Of a DNA stretch of 64,000 bases, positions 25,230 through 38,564 are shown piece by piece. The position numbers were made by a program, and so were the translations under genes. The notes beneath the pieces are model-generated. The model was not told the DNA's origin. It saw only the letters and a list, made by a program, of their open reading frames with translations, and searched no databases. Position 1 is the first letter of the stretch. Each line of letters begins with the position of its first letter. This DNA comes from Octopus sinensis (Eukaryota): positions 97,030,001-97,094,000 of the forward strand of contig NC_043005.1 in assembly GCF_006345805.1 (NCBI RefSeq), read 5' to 3'.

Positions 25230-26762
25230 GGTATCTGCCTTGGTGTTTGACAGAAACACCTAAAACAACACTAATGCCAAGCTGTATCGGTGGTCTTACT
25301 GTTGGATAAACATTGATGACGCGGCGAGAAGAGACTTGTATAAAAAGGCAACTGCTAGTTCTGTTAGAAACAATCTTACCCAAGCTTTCCCGAAGTTGTG
25401 CAGATGCAAGGTAAACATTGATCAACGAAAGACAATGTTTTTAATTCAACAGCTTGGTTGATATATTTCTTTAGATTTCCAGCACACTTTTGTATAGCTT
25501 TACATTTATTTGCTATGTCGATAATCAGTACACTATTGGGAGTTTTATAATGGCAAAGGATGCTAGGTTTATTGTGACGTATCTAGTGGTCTGTATGTTT
25601 GTAAAAAATAGTTTCACACTGTCATTTTCCAAAACAAATCTATATTTATCTAGATTTATATGAGTATTACAAATAACATTTATCTCGGTATAGACCAGTA
25701 GCTATTTTAATTTAACTTCGGTCTCCATAGAAAGCTGCAAGGAAGTAATTTTTGCTACACAGACACTTGGAAAACTCAGTGCTTGCTTCAGTTTAAAACC
25801 AAATAATGTCTTCAAGGCAATTTAATTATCACCACGTGAATGATCCTTTTGAAAAATGCTGTTTTGCACTTTACCGCTCTATTCTGTGAACTTTTAGCTG
25901 GAAGTGAGAATAATAAAAACAAAGAATAATGAGACATGTACACAAATACACACCTAGATACACAAATACACGTATATATATATATATACCACAAATGCAC
26001 ACATCGATGCATACAAACAAAATACACATTCAAATACATACATAGAAACATACATAGATAAACGCAGTCAGTACAAATTCAAATATAAATACATGCACTT
26101 ACACAGACACATGTACTTACACAGACACATGCACACAATTGGACAGAAATAGAAAATCAAATAAACACACATGCATACAAAGTTTCTCACATACAGACAC
26201 ATGCAAGCATGTATATACGGTAAACACGATCAAACGATTACACAGTCATATACAGACATAAATTCAGACGTACACATGTTTATATGTTTATACATATACA
26301 CATACAAACACGCACACATACATTTATATGTATACAAACTAAAATGCGGGCAAGGTATTATGTGTATATATGAGTACACCTTCACATGCACACACTCAAA
26401 TATATATATATACAGCTTACACATCTTGCCTACACGTATAAATAGGATCACACACTTACATAAGCTCTCGTAGAGAAATAAGCATATAAATATTAATGTG
26501 TAGTATAAACATATACGTATTAATATGTATACATATATGCAAGTTCATACGCACTGATACACACATTGTCACTCACACACACAAAACACATTCATACACA
26601 CGTGAATATATTCATACAGGCATACAGTTATGCACATATACATATATTGACGGCTAGAATTTTAATGGTAATACAAGAACGTGCAGGCACACATTTCTGT
26701 TATCAAGCACACACTCTAGTACTATAACGCACACACAAACACACACATACACACGTATATTT

Positions 26763-26800
<38 letters not shown>

Positions 26801-27156
26801 GGTGAGGTGGAGAGTGAGTGAGAGAAATGTTATCTTGTGATCGTAGTAATCCACAAATAAGATGTTTAAAAATAAAATTTTAAAAATTAGATTTCTTATT
26901 ACGCATGGCCTCTGAGTTTCAGCAAAAGCTTCATCAAAAAATATTGTTTCTCTGACGAAGCTTAGCGGGATCACGCTTCATTGAAACCGGTTAATCCAAT
27001 GTAATTTTCCAGGCATCCACAACATGTAATCACATAGATCAAACTGCGGGAGTTGCAAGTACAACCATCTTTTTATTTTAAAGGTTTATCAATCCTTAAA
27101 CTTCAAAACTGAGCTTTCGGTGAAATATAGGCATTAGGCTCAATTTGGTCTTCCGC

Positions 27157-27292
27157 ATCCCTGGACGATGGGATCCCGGGGCCGCAATGTGCGTTCGAAG
27201 TGTCGATCTTCACTGAGTCCTGTAATTCGCATCAGTTTACGCAGATAGCCGCGCTCTTCATCGACGGACGAGCCGAGTGATTCTCCGTCCAG
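27157..27292 (-). rRNA. 5.8S rRNA copy (isolated, pseudogenic, 3' end missing)
   Basis: Minus strand ggacggagaatcactcggctcgtccgtcgatgaagagcgcggc...gcgaattacaggac...atcgacacttcgaacgcacattgcggccccggg matches conserved metazoan 5.8S motifs. No 18S or 28S nearby. Confidence 0.92.
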
Positions 27293-27433
27293 GCTTCCAC
27301 ACAGTTTCTGCCAACTAAGTTTACTCACAATGCATTTGCCAGCCCGGGGCTATAGTAGAAGACACCTGCCCGAAGTTGCTGTGCAGTGCAACTGAACCCA
27401 AAACCATGTGATTGCAACCATGCTTGTGCCTAT
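27293..27433 (-). mobile_element. SINE family B 5' part fused to the 5.8S copy
   Basis: Minus strand cacatggttttgggttcagttgcactgc...gggcaggtgtcttctactatagccccggg...gaaactgtgtggaagc runs directly into the 5.8S sequence. Confidence 0.8.
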
Positions 27434-27995
27434 TGGGCTAATTCTTTTTCCAGATTGAATGGAGTATTCTTGTATGTTTAGGAAGACAGGTTGTGAAGAG
27501 AAGATGGTGCTTTGTATCGGTGGGTTTGAAGGGTATGTCCCTTTCTATTTCTCACCTGTTTCCTAATCAAAATATCTAAAAGTGACCGTTTTCCTCAAAG
27601 TTGAAATCCATCGTGAATTCGTTAATTTATGATGTGATTTGCTGTTAATGACATAGCACACACACACACACACACACACACGCATGTAAATAACATATAC
27701 ATATATATATACACATATGTATACATATGTTTATATATATATATAAACAAACACATATATCTTTACATAATATATATGTATATTTGTGTATGTATTTATG
27801 TATTTATATATAAATATGTGTATATATGGACATGAATGCATATTTATATATACGGAGCGAGAGAGAAGAAGAGAAAGAGAGAAAGAAAGAGAGAGAGAGA
27901 GAGAAAAGAAAAGTAATGGAGGGATAAACACACATAGACGCACTTCGAGGCACATATACATTTACAGCTTGCATACACTTACACACACAATATAT

Positions 27996-28081
<86 letters not shown>

Positions 28082-29404
28082 CACACACTGAGAGAAATAT
28101 AATTATTCTGAAGTAGCATGTTATAAAATTGGCCTCATTAGCGTTAACGTAATTAATGAGTAAAGCATCAGAAAGCTAATTACAAAAATTAGTCTTCCTG
28201 TTGCACCAAGCTCAAGTTCTCCTGAATCCACTTGTCTTTCCTCCTCTCATCATTCATACTGTGTTCCCCACGCTGGGCCCCCTACTCACAACTTTCACTT
28301 GGTCTTCCTGTCCATAACATCAGTTCTTTTAAAAAGAAAAAAAATCCCTCAGCCTATGTTGTTGGTTAGACTCAGTTCAATCCTGATTGGGCCAGCCTAT
28401 GATCAAAAGCGTACCATCCGTGACCATTCTGTCTTTTAAGGAGGAGTCCTGTCCGTTTTTAGGACGGTAATGTGTGAATTCATGAGATTGGATTACTATT
28501 TCTAGAAGGTCGTATGACTCTGCCGATGCTCCCCACCACCCCTAGTATATTTGCCTCTTTCTGCTCATGTTTTTCCCCAGAACCCGCCGACTTAAAACGA
28601 GCTAAAGAGAAATATTAATCCTGCTAATCACACTGGTCTCAGAGAGACCGCGAAAAGCATAGATAATGCTGTGTTTCAAAAACTAAATCGTAAACGTCTT
28701 ATCCCAAACAACAAATACTTAAAAGTCAAGATACCATTGAGATAGTCGATCTTTGGTAGAAAGACCTAGTTGCAATGACTTGGGGTTAAACAGCAACAAC
28801 ATCGCCATTGCCAATTTATTACCTTTGTTCCCGTCAGATTCAGCCACCACAAGAACCGCGACGACGACGACGACTGTCACCACCACCACCACCACCACCA
28901 ACTTACTATCACTAACAATACCACAATTGACAACAGCAACGAAACTGCCACTATTACCTCCACCACCACCATCCATCCATCCATCCATCCATCCATCAAT
29001 ATCACTAGCTCCAGTACCAGCATCACATCACTACGCACTACTGCCGCCGCCTGCACCACCATCTTAATACCATCTTAACACCACTGCCATGACTACCACC
29101 ACTAGCGCAGGACCTTCCCTCTACCGCCGCCTCACGTGACCATTCTTACAGTTTAACAATCGGCTTGTGTTGTTGAGTGATTAATTCTTCTGTCCTTGAC
29201 TTCTTCCCTAGGATTGTTACAGATATTGGGTGATGGCCATGGTTTTACAGATTCTGGTGGCTTCTATTCATGGCCATGTTGATGGTGCTGGAGATGATGA
29301 TGATGATGACTGAGTTGAAGACGAATAAGACGATGACTTTAATGACGACGACGATGAATTGGTTGATGATGATGATGATGATGATGATATGCGGCGAGCT
29401 GGTT

Positions 29405-29637
29405 AAGGCGGCGGGCTGGCAGAAACGTTAGCACGCCGGGCGAAATGCGTAGCCGTATTTCGTCTGCCGTTAAGTTCTGAGTTCAAATTCCGCCGAGGTC
29501 GACTTTGCCTTTCATCCTTTCGGGGTCGATAAATTAAGTACCAGTTACGCACTGGGGTCGATGTAATTGACTTAATCCGTTTGTCTGTCCTTGTTTGTCC
29601 CCTCTATGTTTAGCCCCTTGTGGGTAATAAAGAAACA
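29405..29637 (+). mobile_element. SINE family A, full length
   Basis: Near-identical to 24997-25229; a partial copy follows at ~29685-29850. Confidence 0.9.
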
Positions 29638-29882
29638 GATATGATAATTATTGTAATATATTATGCTAATTAAGTCTGCGAGCTTTGTGGCATTTCGTCT
29701 GCCGCTACGTTCTGAGTTCAAATGCACTGCGGCCTAGGTCGACTTTGCCTTTCATCCTTTAAGAGTCGATAAAATAAGCACCAGTAGAGCACTGGGGTCG
29801 ATGTAATCGATTAATCCCTTACCCCGAAGTTGCTGGCCTAATACCAAGATTTAAATGAGAGCCGTGGTGATGCAGCTGTTGG

Positions 29883-30384
29883 TTCTTCTTCTTCTTTTTC
29901 TTCTTCTTCTTCTTCCAGTCAGGACTCACGCCATTATCCACAAAAAACAATCTGTAATTCGAGCCTACTCTAAGCTACTAAGGATGCGTGTGGCAACTTG
30001 AAGATCCACCCACCACACGCGATAGACTGGCGGTTGCACGGGTGCGAAAGCTACGTTGTTATCCTCATTCTGTAAACGGTGGCTCTTAACGGGTGGAGAG
30101 CTGAACCATCCTGGGGTACAGAGGATTCGCAATCTAGACTAGGGTCTGAAACTTTACCACAGCATAATGGGTTACATCATGGTTCCTCTGCTTTGTGGCA
30201 GAAAGAGTGAGAGAAAGTTGTGGTGAAAGAGTACAGCGGGGTTCACCACCACCACCCGCCGGAGCCTCGTGGGGCTTAGGTGCTTTTGCTCAATAAACAC
30301 TCACAATGCCCGGTCTGGGAATCGAAACCGCGTTCTCACGACCGCGAGTCCGCTGCTTTAACCACCGGGCCATTGCGCCTCCAC
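29883..30384 (-). mobile_element. SINE family C with a (GAA)n-tailed 3' module
   Basis: Minus-strand head gtggaggcgcaatggcccggtggttaaagcagcggactcgcgg...gtttcgattcccagaccggg, a unique ~290-bp body, and a (GAA)n tail at 29883-29914. Confidence 0.8.
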
Positions 30385-31000
30385 AGCAGCAACAGCTGCC
30401 AATGATGATAATGATGATAATGATGATAATGATGATGGAGGTTGTGATATTCGTGGTGACGTTGGTGATGGTGCTGATGTTGATGCTGACGATGGAAATA
30501 ACGGAGCTGCTAGTGGCTCTGATCGTGATCATAGTGATGATAGTGTTTCTGCTGCTGCTGCTGCTGATGATGATGATGATGGAGAAGGGTAAGGGGAAGA
30601 CGGTGGTGATGCTAATAGAAGTACCCGGCTAGAAATTTGGGAGAAGGAGAAGGGGGTTTAGACGATTAACTCATACCCAGAATCTGTCAGGCATTTTATT
30701 TTATCTACCTCGGAGGGACGTAAGGTAGCGTTGATTCGACTGGATTTGAATTCTGAACATAACGAGCCGGAAGAAATACTGCCAGGCATTTTCCTTTCCT
30801 CTCACTGATGTGCGAGGCACTGAAAAGGAGAATGAAAGCAGTAATTCCCACTCCTGATAAAACCGTTAAAATGCCAAATACGCGAGGAACACGAAACTAT
30901 TTATACAGAAGGGCCATATATAATTACTAGAAAAATCTATAGTCAAAGCCAGTAAATCACCGGAGACTCTTTAGCCGACTGTATCCCTCTTCTCTCTTTA

Positions 31001-31212
31001 CAGGGTGTCCATAAATTATCTTTACAATTTCAAAAATTTAGAAAAAAAAAAGAAAAAGAATAAATCCAGCAAAGTTTATTAGAAAACATAGGCAAACAAA
31101 TAAGTTTTATTCATCAGAATACTTCCACGAGGGTTTCAATTTTTACAAACTCAGCTTTGATAACTACAATATAATTTATAATGGAAATTGTAAAGATAAT
31201 TTATGAACATTG
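31001..31212. mobile_element. Tc1/mariner-type MITE
   Basis: TIRs cagggtgtccataaattatctttacaatttc / gaaattgtaaagataatttatgaacattg with TA on both sides. The terminus resembles the TIR of the 53844 element. Confidence 0.8.
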
Positions 31213-31234
31213 TATATTGGGTTTCAAATTATTG

Positions 31235-31446
31235 GTTTCAAGTTTTGGCTCAAAGCCAGCAAATTCGGGGAGGGGGAAAAGTCGATTACATCGACCCAGT
31301 GTTCAACTGGTACTTATTTTATCGACCCTGAAAGAATGAAAGGCGAAGTGAACCTCGGAGGAATTTGAACTCAGAACGTAATGATGGACGAAATGCAGAT
31401 AAGCATTTTGCCCGGCGTGCTAACGATTCTGCCAGCTCGCCACCCT
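31235..31446 (-). mobile_element. SINE family A (alternative 3' tail)
   Basis: Reverse complement of the A head and central domain, ending in a gctggctttgagccaaaacttgaaacc-type tail. Confidence 0.8.
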
Positions 31447-32469
31447 ATAACATCCTGTATAGTGATATCGTATTTTACAAACGAAATCGATAATCCGGTG
31501 GTCTGTTGCCGACATCGCTGAAATGTATTTCTACACTGGACACATGTAGAATGGTTGGCATGGTTTCTGAAAATAAAGTGTTTTGTCTCAAGACTCAAGG
31601 CAGCGCCCATGACATCACACTCAGTTGAGGTCACCATCTAAACAGCTGACAAGACACTCTGTTCAACTGTCAGCTTCTTAAACAAATAGATGGTAAAATT
31701 TTAAAGACAACAAAATCTATAAACAACTGGATATCATTGTTTGTTATTTTTTCTTGGTGGGGAGGGTTTGCATTTAAAACTTCTAAAAATAATTCTACTT
31801 TAAAAACATTGAAAAAGAAACAGTTTTAACGGGAAACTGATATTTCTTAAAGATTTAGTTGCAGTTTATAAAATAAAAACAAATGAAGACAACAGTTAGA
31901 CTGGCATGATTGGGGCCGTACTGTGATTACATAAACACAGAGTCAACACCCCAAATCTTTAATTATCTATTTTAAAAAATTTGCAGTAAAAAAGAAACAA
32001 AAAATACTTTATAGATTGGCCTGTTTTACGAACAGTAAGAATTTATATCTTCTTTTCAACCACTCAGTAGAGCAACAGACGAAATGTCGTGTTCAAATTC
32101 AGCTACTTTTGATGGTCTGAATGAGTGATTAGCATAAATAGTTCAAAAGTTGAATAAACTTGGTCACCTTGGGAAGAGCCACTTCGAGCATGACACTTCG
32201 TCAGAAAGAGAGAGAGGAAAAGAGAGACAGAGACAGAGATAGATAGAGACAGAGGGGGGAGAAAGAGGGAGGAAAAGGAGAGTGGGGAGAGAAAGAGAGA
32301 TGTATATTACCAATTGATTTTTGTGATGTCGTGAAGAATATGTAAAAGTGAAAATCTAATCAATTGTCCGCACCCGCCAAAAAGTGTGACCTTGCACCTC
32401 ATGGCCGAAACAACTGTAAGCTAATGAAGTCCATGACGTAATTTCTTATTCCTTTGTTAATTTAATGTT

Positions 32470-32762
32470 TCCTGTCGAACCGCTAAGTTACATGGAGGTG
32501 TCTGTTGTCGAGCAGTGGGGGTGGGACAGATACTGACACAAAGACACGCACGGTTACACACACACACACACATACATACACATAAACACGTGTGTATTCT
32601 ACGGGCTTCCACAGAGCTTCCGTCTGCAAACTCATCCACAAGTTAGTGGTCGGTGCAGGTTATATTAGAAGATACTTACCAATTTGCCGCGTCGTGGGAT
32701 TGAACCCGAAACAATGTGGTTGCTAAGCGACCTTCTTAACCACACAGCCATGCATGTGCCTA
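32470..32762 (-). mobile_element. SINE family B
   Basis: Minus strand ggcacatgcatggctgtgtggttaagaagg...cgggttcaatccc...tcttctaatata...gaagcccgt plus (TG)n. Confidence 0.75.
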
Positions 32763-33227
32763 CTCAAAGGGGTTAACTAAGGTTACTTCATGACAGAACA
32801 AGAGATAATAAATCATGGAAATTTTACGCAGAGAACAATCTAAGTAATATGAAATATTTTGAAACAGCCAAAATATATTGGTGTCAATGACCTCAGCTTA
32901 CAATGATAAGACTCAGCCTTCAACTTTAATTCTCCAGATTGTTTCTATTCTATTTCCACAAACCCATGAATGAATAAATAGTTTATTTATTATTATTTAT
33001 TTTTATTCTTTCTATATATTTATTATCGTTTATTTATATATTATTAAACAGACAGTAAACCTGGCAGCTTTTAATAACCAGTGCTTTGTGATTTGACTCC
33101 AAAGTCCCTGGTTTGTATCATTTAATGACTTTATTCTTATTTAATTAGCGTTTGATACTGTTATTTGTTTAATTAGTTATCCAGTTTCAATGAGCAAACT
33201 ATATGGATAAACTTGTAGCATTTGCAA

Positions 33228-33297
<70 letters not shown>

Positions 33298-33356
33298 CAT
33301 AGATATGCATGCGTGTATGTATGTATGTATGTATGTATATATACATACATACATAA

Positions 33357-33401
<45 letters not shown>

Positions 33402-33541
33402 ATAATATATATATATATATTATATATATATATACACATATATATATGTGCTTGTTTGCGAGAGAAGGCTTACAAAGCAGACGAAAGTACTCGATACACC
33501 AGGAATTTTGCATATATGCATACTCATATATATATGTATAT

Positions 33542-33588
<47 letters not shown>

Positions 33589-34336
33589 ATATATATATAT
33601 ATATATATATGTATGCACACATATATACATACATATGCATATACATGCAAAAACATACATACGTTAATTTCGTCAGCTGTCACCAGCTGTTTGATACATC
33701 CTCGTTTATATGGCTTTGTTGTTCGTATATTTGACAACTTATATATATTATGAACTAAGTTAATTGTTAGCAATTTTTCATCCGCCATTTTAGGAGTAAA
33801 TATATTACATCCCATGCACATGTAACATTTAAAACACTGCATACGTGCTACACGCAATATATATTTGCCAAAGACACGAGTATGTTTCCATGCAATAGTG
33901 ACCCTTGAGTTTAATTATTAGTATCCAGATCAGAGCTTCATAACACGAGGAGCATGCCCAGCGGTGGAACGAAGCAGTATTTGGGGGCAGGTGTAGGTTA
34001 CATGGAAAAGGGTTAAGGTTAGGGTTAGGGCAAATGTAGCAAGTGAGTAAAACTTGCAATCGAGTTTTAATTACAACTTCTAACGATTCTGCCAACTCGC
34101 TACCCTATAACACCCTGTATAGTGATAATGCTATATTTAAAATTTGTCCGTTCATGGAGGACCGCATATTTATTTTGGAATATCGAAGAGACCTGGCTGA
34201 CAAGAAAGACACACACAAAAAACAAGTAAACTGAAAACAAAAAAAAAGACAAAAAAGATTTACACAGATACATTAACAAGGATTTGAGCAGTTTGTTGCA
34301 CTGGATTCGAGTCGATAACTTCTAGACAGGTTCATC

Positions 34337-34418
<82 letters not shown>

Positions 34419-34429
34419 ATACATGTCTA

Positions 34430-34479
<50 letters not shown>

Positions 34480-34484
34480 CACAC

Positions 34485-34645
34485 AGGTGTGAGTCTGTAA
34501 TAGGAAGTTGCTTCCCAATCATATGGTTCCGGGTTCAGTCTTATTGCATGGTGCTAGGCAAGTGTCTTCTACTATAGTTACGGGCCGAGGAAAGCCTTAT
34601 GAGTGCAGGATTTGGTAGATGGAAACTGGAAAAATTCCATCGTAT
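34485..34645 (+). mobile_element. SINE family B 5' part
   Basis: atggttccgggttcagtc...ggcaagtgtcttctactatag...gatttggtagatggaaactg. Confidence 0.8.
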
Positions 34646-34656
34646 ATATATATATA

Positions 34657-34693
<37 letters not shown>

Positions 34694-34809
34694 TATATGT
34701 AATGTATGTATATATATATAATGTATGTATGTATATATATATATATAATATGTATATGTATGTATGTTATATATATATATGTATGTATGTATATATATAT
34801 ATATGTATA

Positions 34810-34870
<61 letters not shown>

Positions 34871-35011
34871 GTATGTATGTATGTATATATATATATATGT
34901 ATATATATATATGTATGTATGTATGTATATATATATGTATATATATATATATGTATGTATGTATATATATATATGTATATATATATATGTATGTATGTAT
35001 ATATATATGTG

Positions 35012-35042
<31 letters not shown>

Positions 35043-35119
35043 GTATATATATATATGTATGTATGTATATATATATATGTATATATATATATATGTATGT
35101 GTATATATATATATATGTA

Positions 35120-35155
<36 letters not shown>

Positions 35156-35165
35156 TGTATGTATG

Positions 35166-35203
<38 letters not shown>
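34643..35203. repeat. compound (TA)n/(TATG)n microsatellite, ~560 bp
   Basis: Direct inspection. Confidence 0.95.
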
Positions 35204-35209
<6 letters not shown>

Positions 35210-36033
35210 TAAAGGTGCGAAAACGGTGTTCTCCGAAGGAATTCAAAGGTTAGCGTAATCCAAGGGTAGGTAATCTGGTGTAGGGAAATCCAAGACTTAG
35301 ATGCTCCAAATCATCGTCGGAAGGACCTAGAAAATCCACGTTAGCGTGCGATAATAGGCAAGACGAAAATAAAAAATAACAAATTACAAGATAACAAAAG
35401 TCGGAAGGACGAACACATGGAATGCATTAATTTGACGCTTAATATAAGATGGAAAAACGAGTGGGTGTATAACGTTTCGGGCATGGCTCTTCGTCAGATT
35501 GAGGAGAAAGGAAACTTCTATGGAAGGAAGGAAAAATGACCAAGAAAAGTTCTTGTGTGGTTATATGGCTGGAGTAACCGGAAGTGAAGAGAATTAGAGA
35601 AAGTGATTTTTAACACAGGAGAGTACAGAAATGGCCGGTGTATGTGTGTTGTAGTACATTTGTGCGTGTGCGTTTGTGTTTGTGTGAGTGATGTATACGT
35701 AAAGGAGCGGCATCGACGCATACATCATGCACATCGCTTTTGACGTTTGTTGTTTTGTTATTTTTAAATTTCGATTCGTCTATACGTATATGTCTGTGTT
35801 TGTACCCACCACTGCCTAACAACCAGCGGTGGTGTGTTTACGTCCCCGTAACTTAGCGATTCGGCAAAAGGAACCGATAGAATAAGTACCAGGCTTAACA
35901 AAAAGAAAACAAGTGACGTGATCGATTCGTTTGATTAACAATTCTTCAAGGCGTGGCTCCAGCATGGCAGTAGTCTAATGATTGAAACAAGTAAAGGAGA
36001 TACACAGACATACACAGATATTATGTATGTATG

Positions 36034-36089
<56 letters not shown>

Positions 36090-36378
36090 ACACACATATA
36101 TATATATTTGTAAATAGTAAGGGATTTCTCCACATGTTTACCGGTTTGCTCTCAGGTATCCAAAACAAGTTATTCAACAGTTAATATATAAATCCAATAA
36201 TATTCTCATAAGATGAGAATTTAGAGATATATTCTGTTGGACAATTCTGAATAACCATATTGGCTTCCTGGAGTATATAACATCAATAATAATAGTAATA
36301 ATAATAACGATTATTACGAAGTGGCATAGCAATGCCTTGAATTTAATGAAACTTCGTAATAATCTTTATTATTATTGT

Positions 36379-36451
<73 letters not shown>

Positions 36452-36644
36452 CAGTGCCCTAACATGGCTGGTTGCAGTCAAATGACTGAAACAAGTAAAA
36501 GAATATATATATATATATATATGTATGTATATATGTATATATATATATATCGTTACATAAACATATGTTCACATGTACATACACATACACACATACAGAT
36601 ACGTCTAGACACATACATACATACATACATACATACATGTTTCT

Positions 36645-37560
36645 CAGAAGCTGTAGACCCTTGGAGAAGTTCTGCATCTACAACATGACTTGGATGCAAT
36701 ATACAGGTGGGATGAGGAAAATAATATGTAGTTTAATGTTGGAAAATTTCAAGCTCTGCGCTTCCAACACAGGAAGCTCAATGAAAAGTAGATAGGACAC
36801 CCTGGTCCAGGGGGAATTGCGATTCCTGAATCAAAGTCAGTGCGTGACTTGGGCATCGAGATGAGTAATGATGCATCTTTCCATGTCGACATTATCAAGT
36901 TGGCATTATCAGATGGACCTTTTGAATTTTCAAAACGAGAGAAAAGGAAACCATAACGATCATCTTGAGGACTTTCGTACTCAGCCGTCTAGATTCCTGC
37001 TCCCAGTCACTAAACAATGTAAAATTAACGACGATACTCGGGGTGATCCAACGAAGCTACACAAAGAAGATAGACACAATGCTACAAGGAGAGACCGAAA
37101 GAATCAAGACTCTACTCCTTGAAGCGAAGGCGGGAAAGATATGCAGTGATATACATCTGGGAAACCCTAGAAAAACTTGTGTCAAACTTTGGCATCGTCA
37201 GTTACATAAAGAGCAGGACGAGGCGCCACTGCATAGTACCAAAAATCCCAACTTTGTAATTAGGATGCAGAACCAGATGCTGCAACAGCTTGGGCTTCAA
37301 AGGACCACAGCTCTTCAATATCCTCCCACAAAGCCTGAGAGACCTTCGTGGCATGAATGTAGGCTTTTTCAAAACAAAACTGGATCGCCTTCTGTCAAGA
37401 GTTCCGGATGAATCTACCACAACCCAAGAAACACAGATGAGGGCAGCAACGCCAAACTCCCTCATCCACAAAATGTCACATATCAGAGGAGGTTTAGTGA
37501 AAGTGAAGAAAGTAGACGGCGGTGCTTCAGCATGACCGCAGTCCCTGGACTGAAACCACG
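36645..37560 (+). mobile_element. CR1-group LINE 3' fragment
   Basis: SVRDLGIEMSNDASFH...RTFVLSRLDSCSQ...RRERYAVIYIW...LGFKGPQLFNILPQSLRDL...FKTKLDRLLSRVPDE, frameshifted. Confidence 0.8.
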
Positions 37561-37583
37561 AAGAAAAAATATCATATAAATAC

Positions 37584-37715
<132 letters not shown>

Positions 37716-37731
37716 ATATATATATATATAT

Positions 37732-37992
37732 ATGGCCTAGTGGTTAGGGCAGCGGACTCGCGGTCGCAGGATCGCGGTTTCGATTCCCAGACCGGGTGTT
37801 GTGAGTGTTTATTGAGCGAAAACACCTAAAAGCTCAACGAGGCTTTCACCACTCTTTCTCCCACTCTTTCTTCTGTTGGCCTGCTCGCTTAGCCAGCGGG
37901 ATGGCGTCATTCGAAGGCTAAAACAATGCCAATGCATTGTGACTTGCGATATGTAACTATATCCGATGGACTGGTCGGTCACGTGATCACGT

Positions 37993-37997
<5 letters not shown>
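37732..37997 (+). mobile_element. SINE family C with a TA-tailed 3' module
   Basis: Head atggcctagtggttagggcagcggactcgcgg...gtttcgattccc, joined to the ttggcctgctcgcttagcc...cacgtgatcacgtga tail. Confidence 0.85.
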
Positions 37998-38028
<31 letters not shown>

Positions 38029-38033
38029 TTATA

Positions 38034-38117
<84 letters not shown>

Positions 38118-38494
38118 TTATATATATATTTATGTGTATGTATATATATATATATATATGTATTATGCATGCACACAGTTACACACCAGCTTGATTCATC
38201 TCCACATTGCTTACATTTGTGGGTTAGGAACATTTGACAACGTGGGTGTGGCCAATGCGCAAGATTCTTTAAATAATGCGGAGCCGAGTTAAACCGTTAC
38301 TTAATAGGTTTATCTCCAACGAAATCTATTGAGCATCACTTTCCTTTGGTTTAAACAATCGAAAGTGGCACTCAACAACAACACACACACACACACACTT
38401 ATGGTTGGAATAATTTTGGACGTAGGTTTTCTTCACCAAGGCTGTCCTGAGATTAAACCTCCTCCTGCTCCTTATCACCACCACCATCATCGTT

Positions 38495-38561
<67 letters not shown>

Positions 38562-38564
38562 CCA

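Noticed and set aside
27157-27292. Functional rDNA unit
   Set aside because: No 18S or 28S nearby, 3' end missing and fused to a SINE; treated as a pseudogenic copy
34009-34030. Telomeric TTAGGG repeats
   Set aside because: Only about 3 imperfect units; too short to indicate a telomere or fusion site
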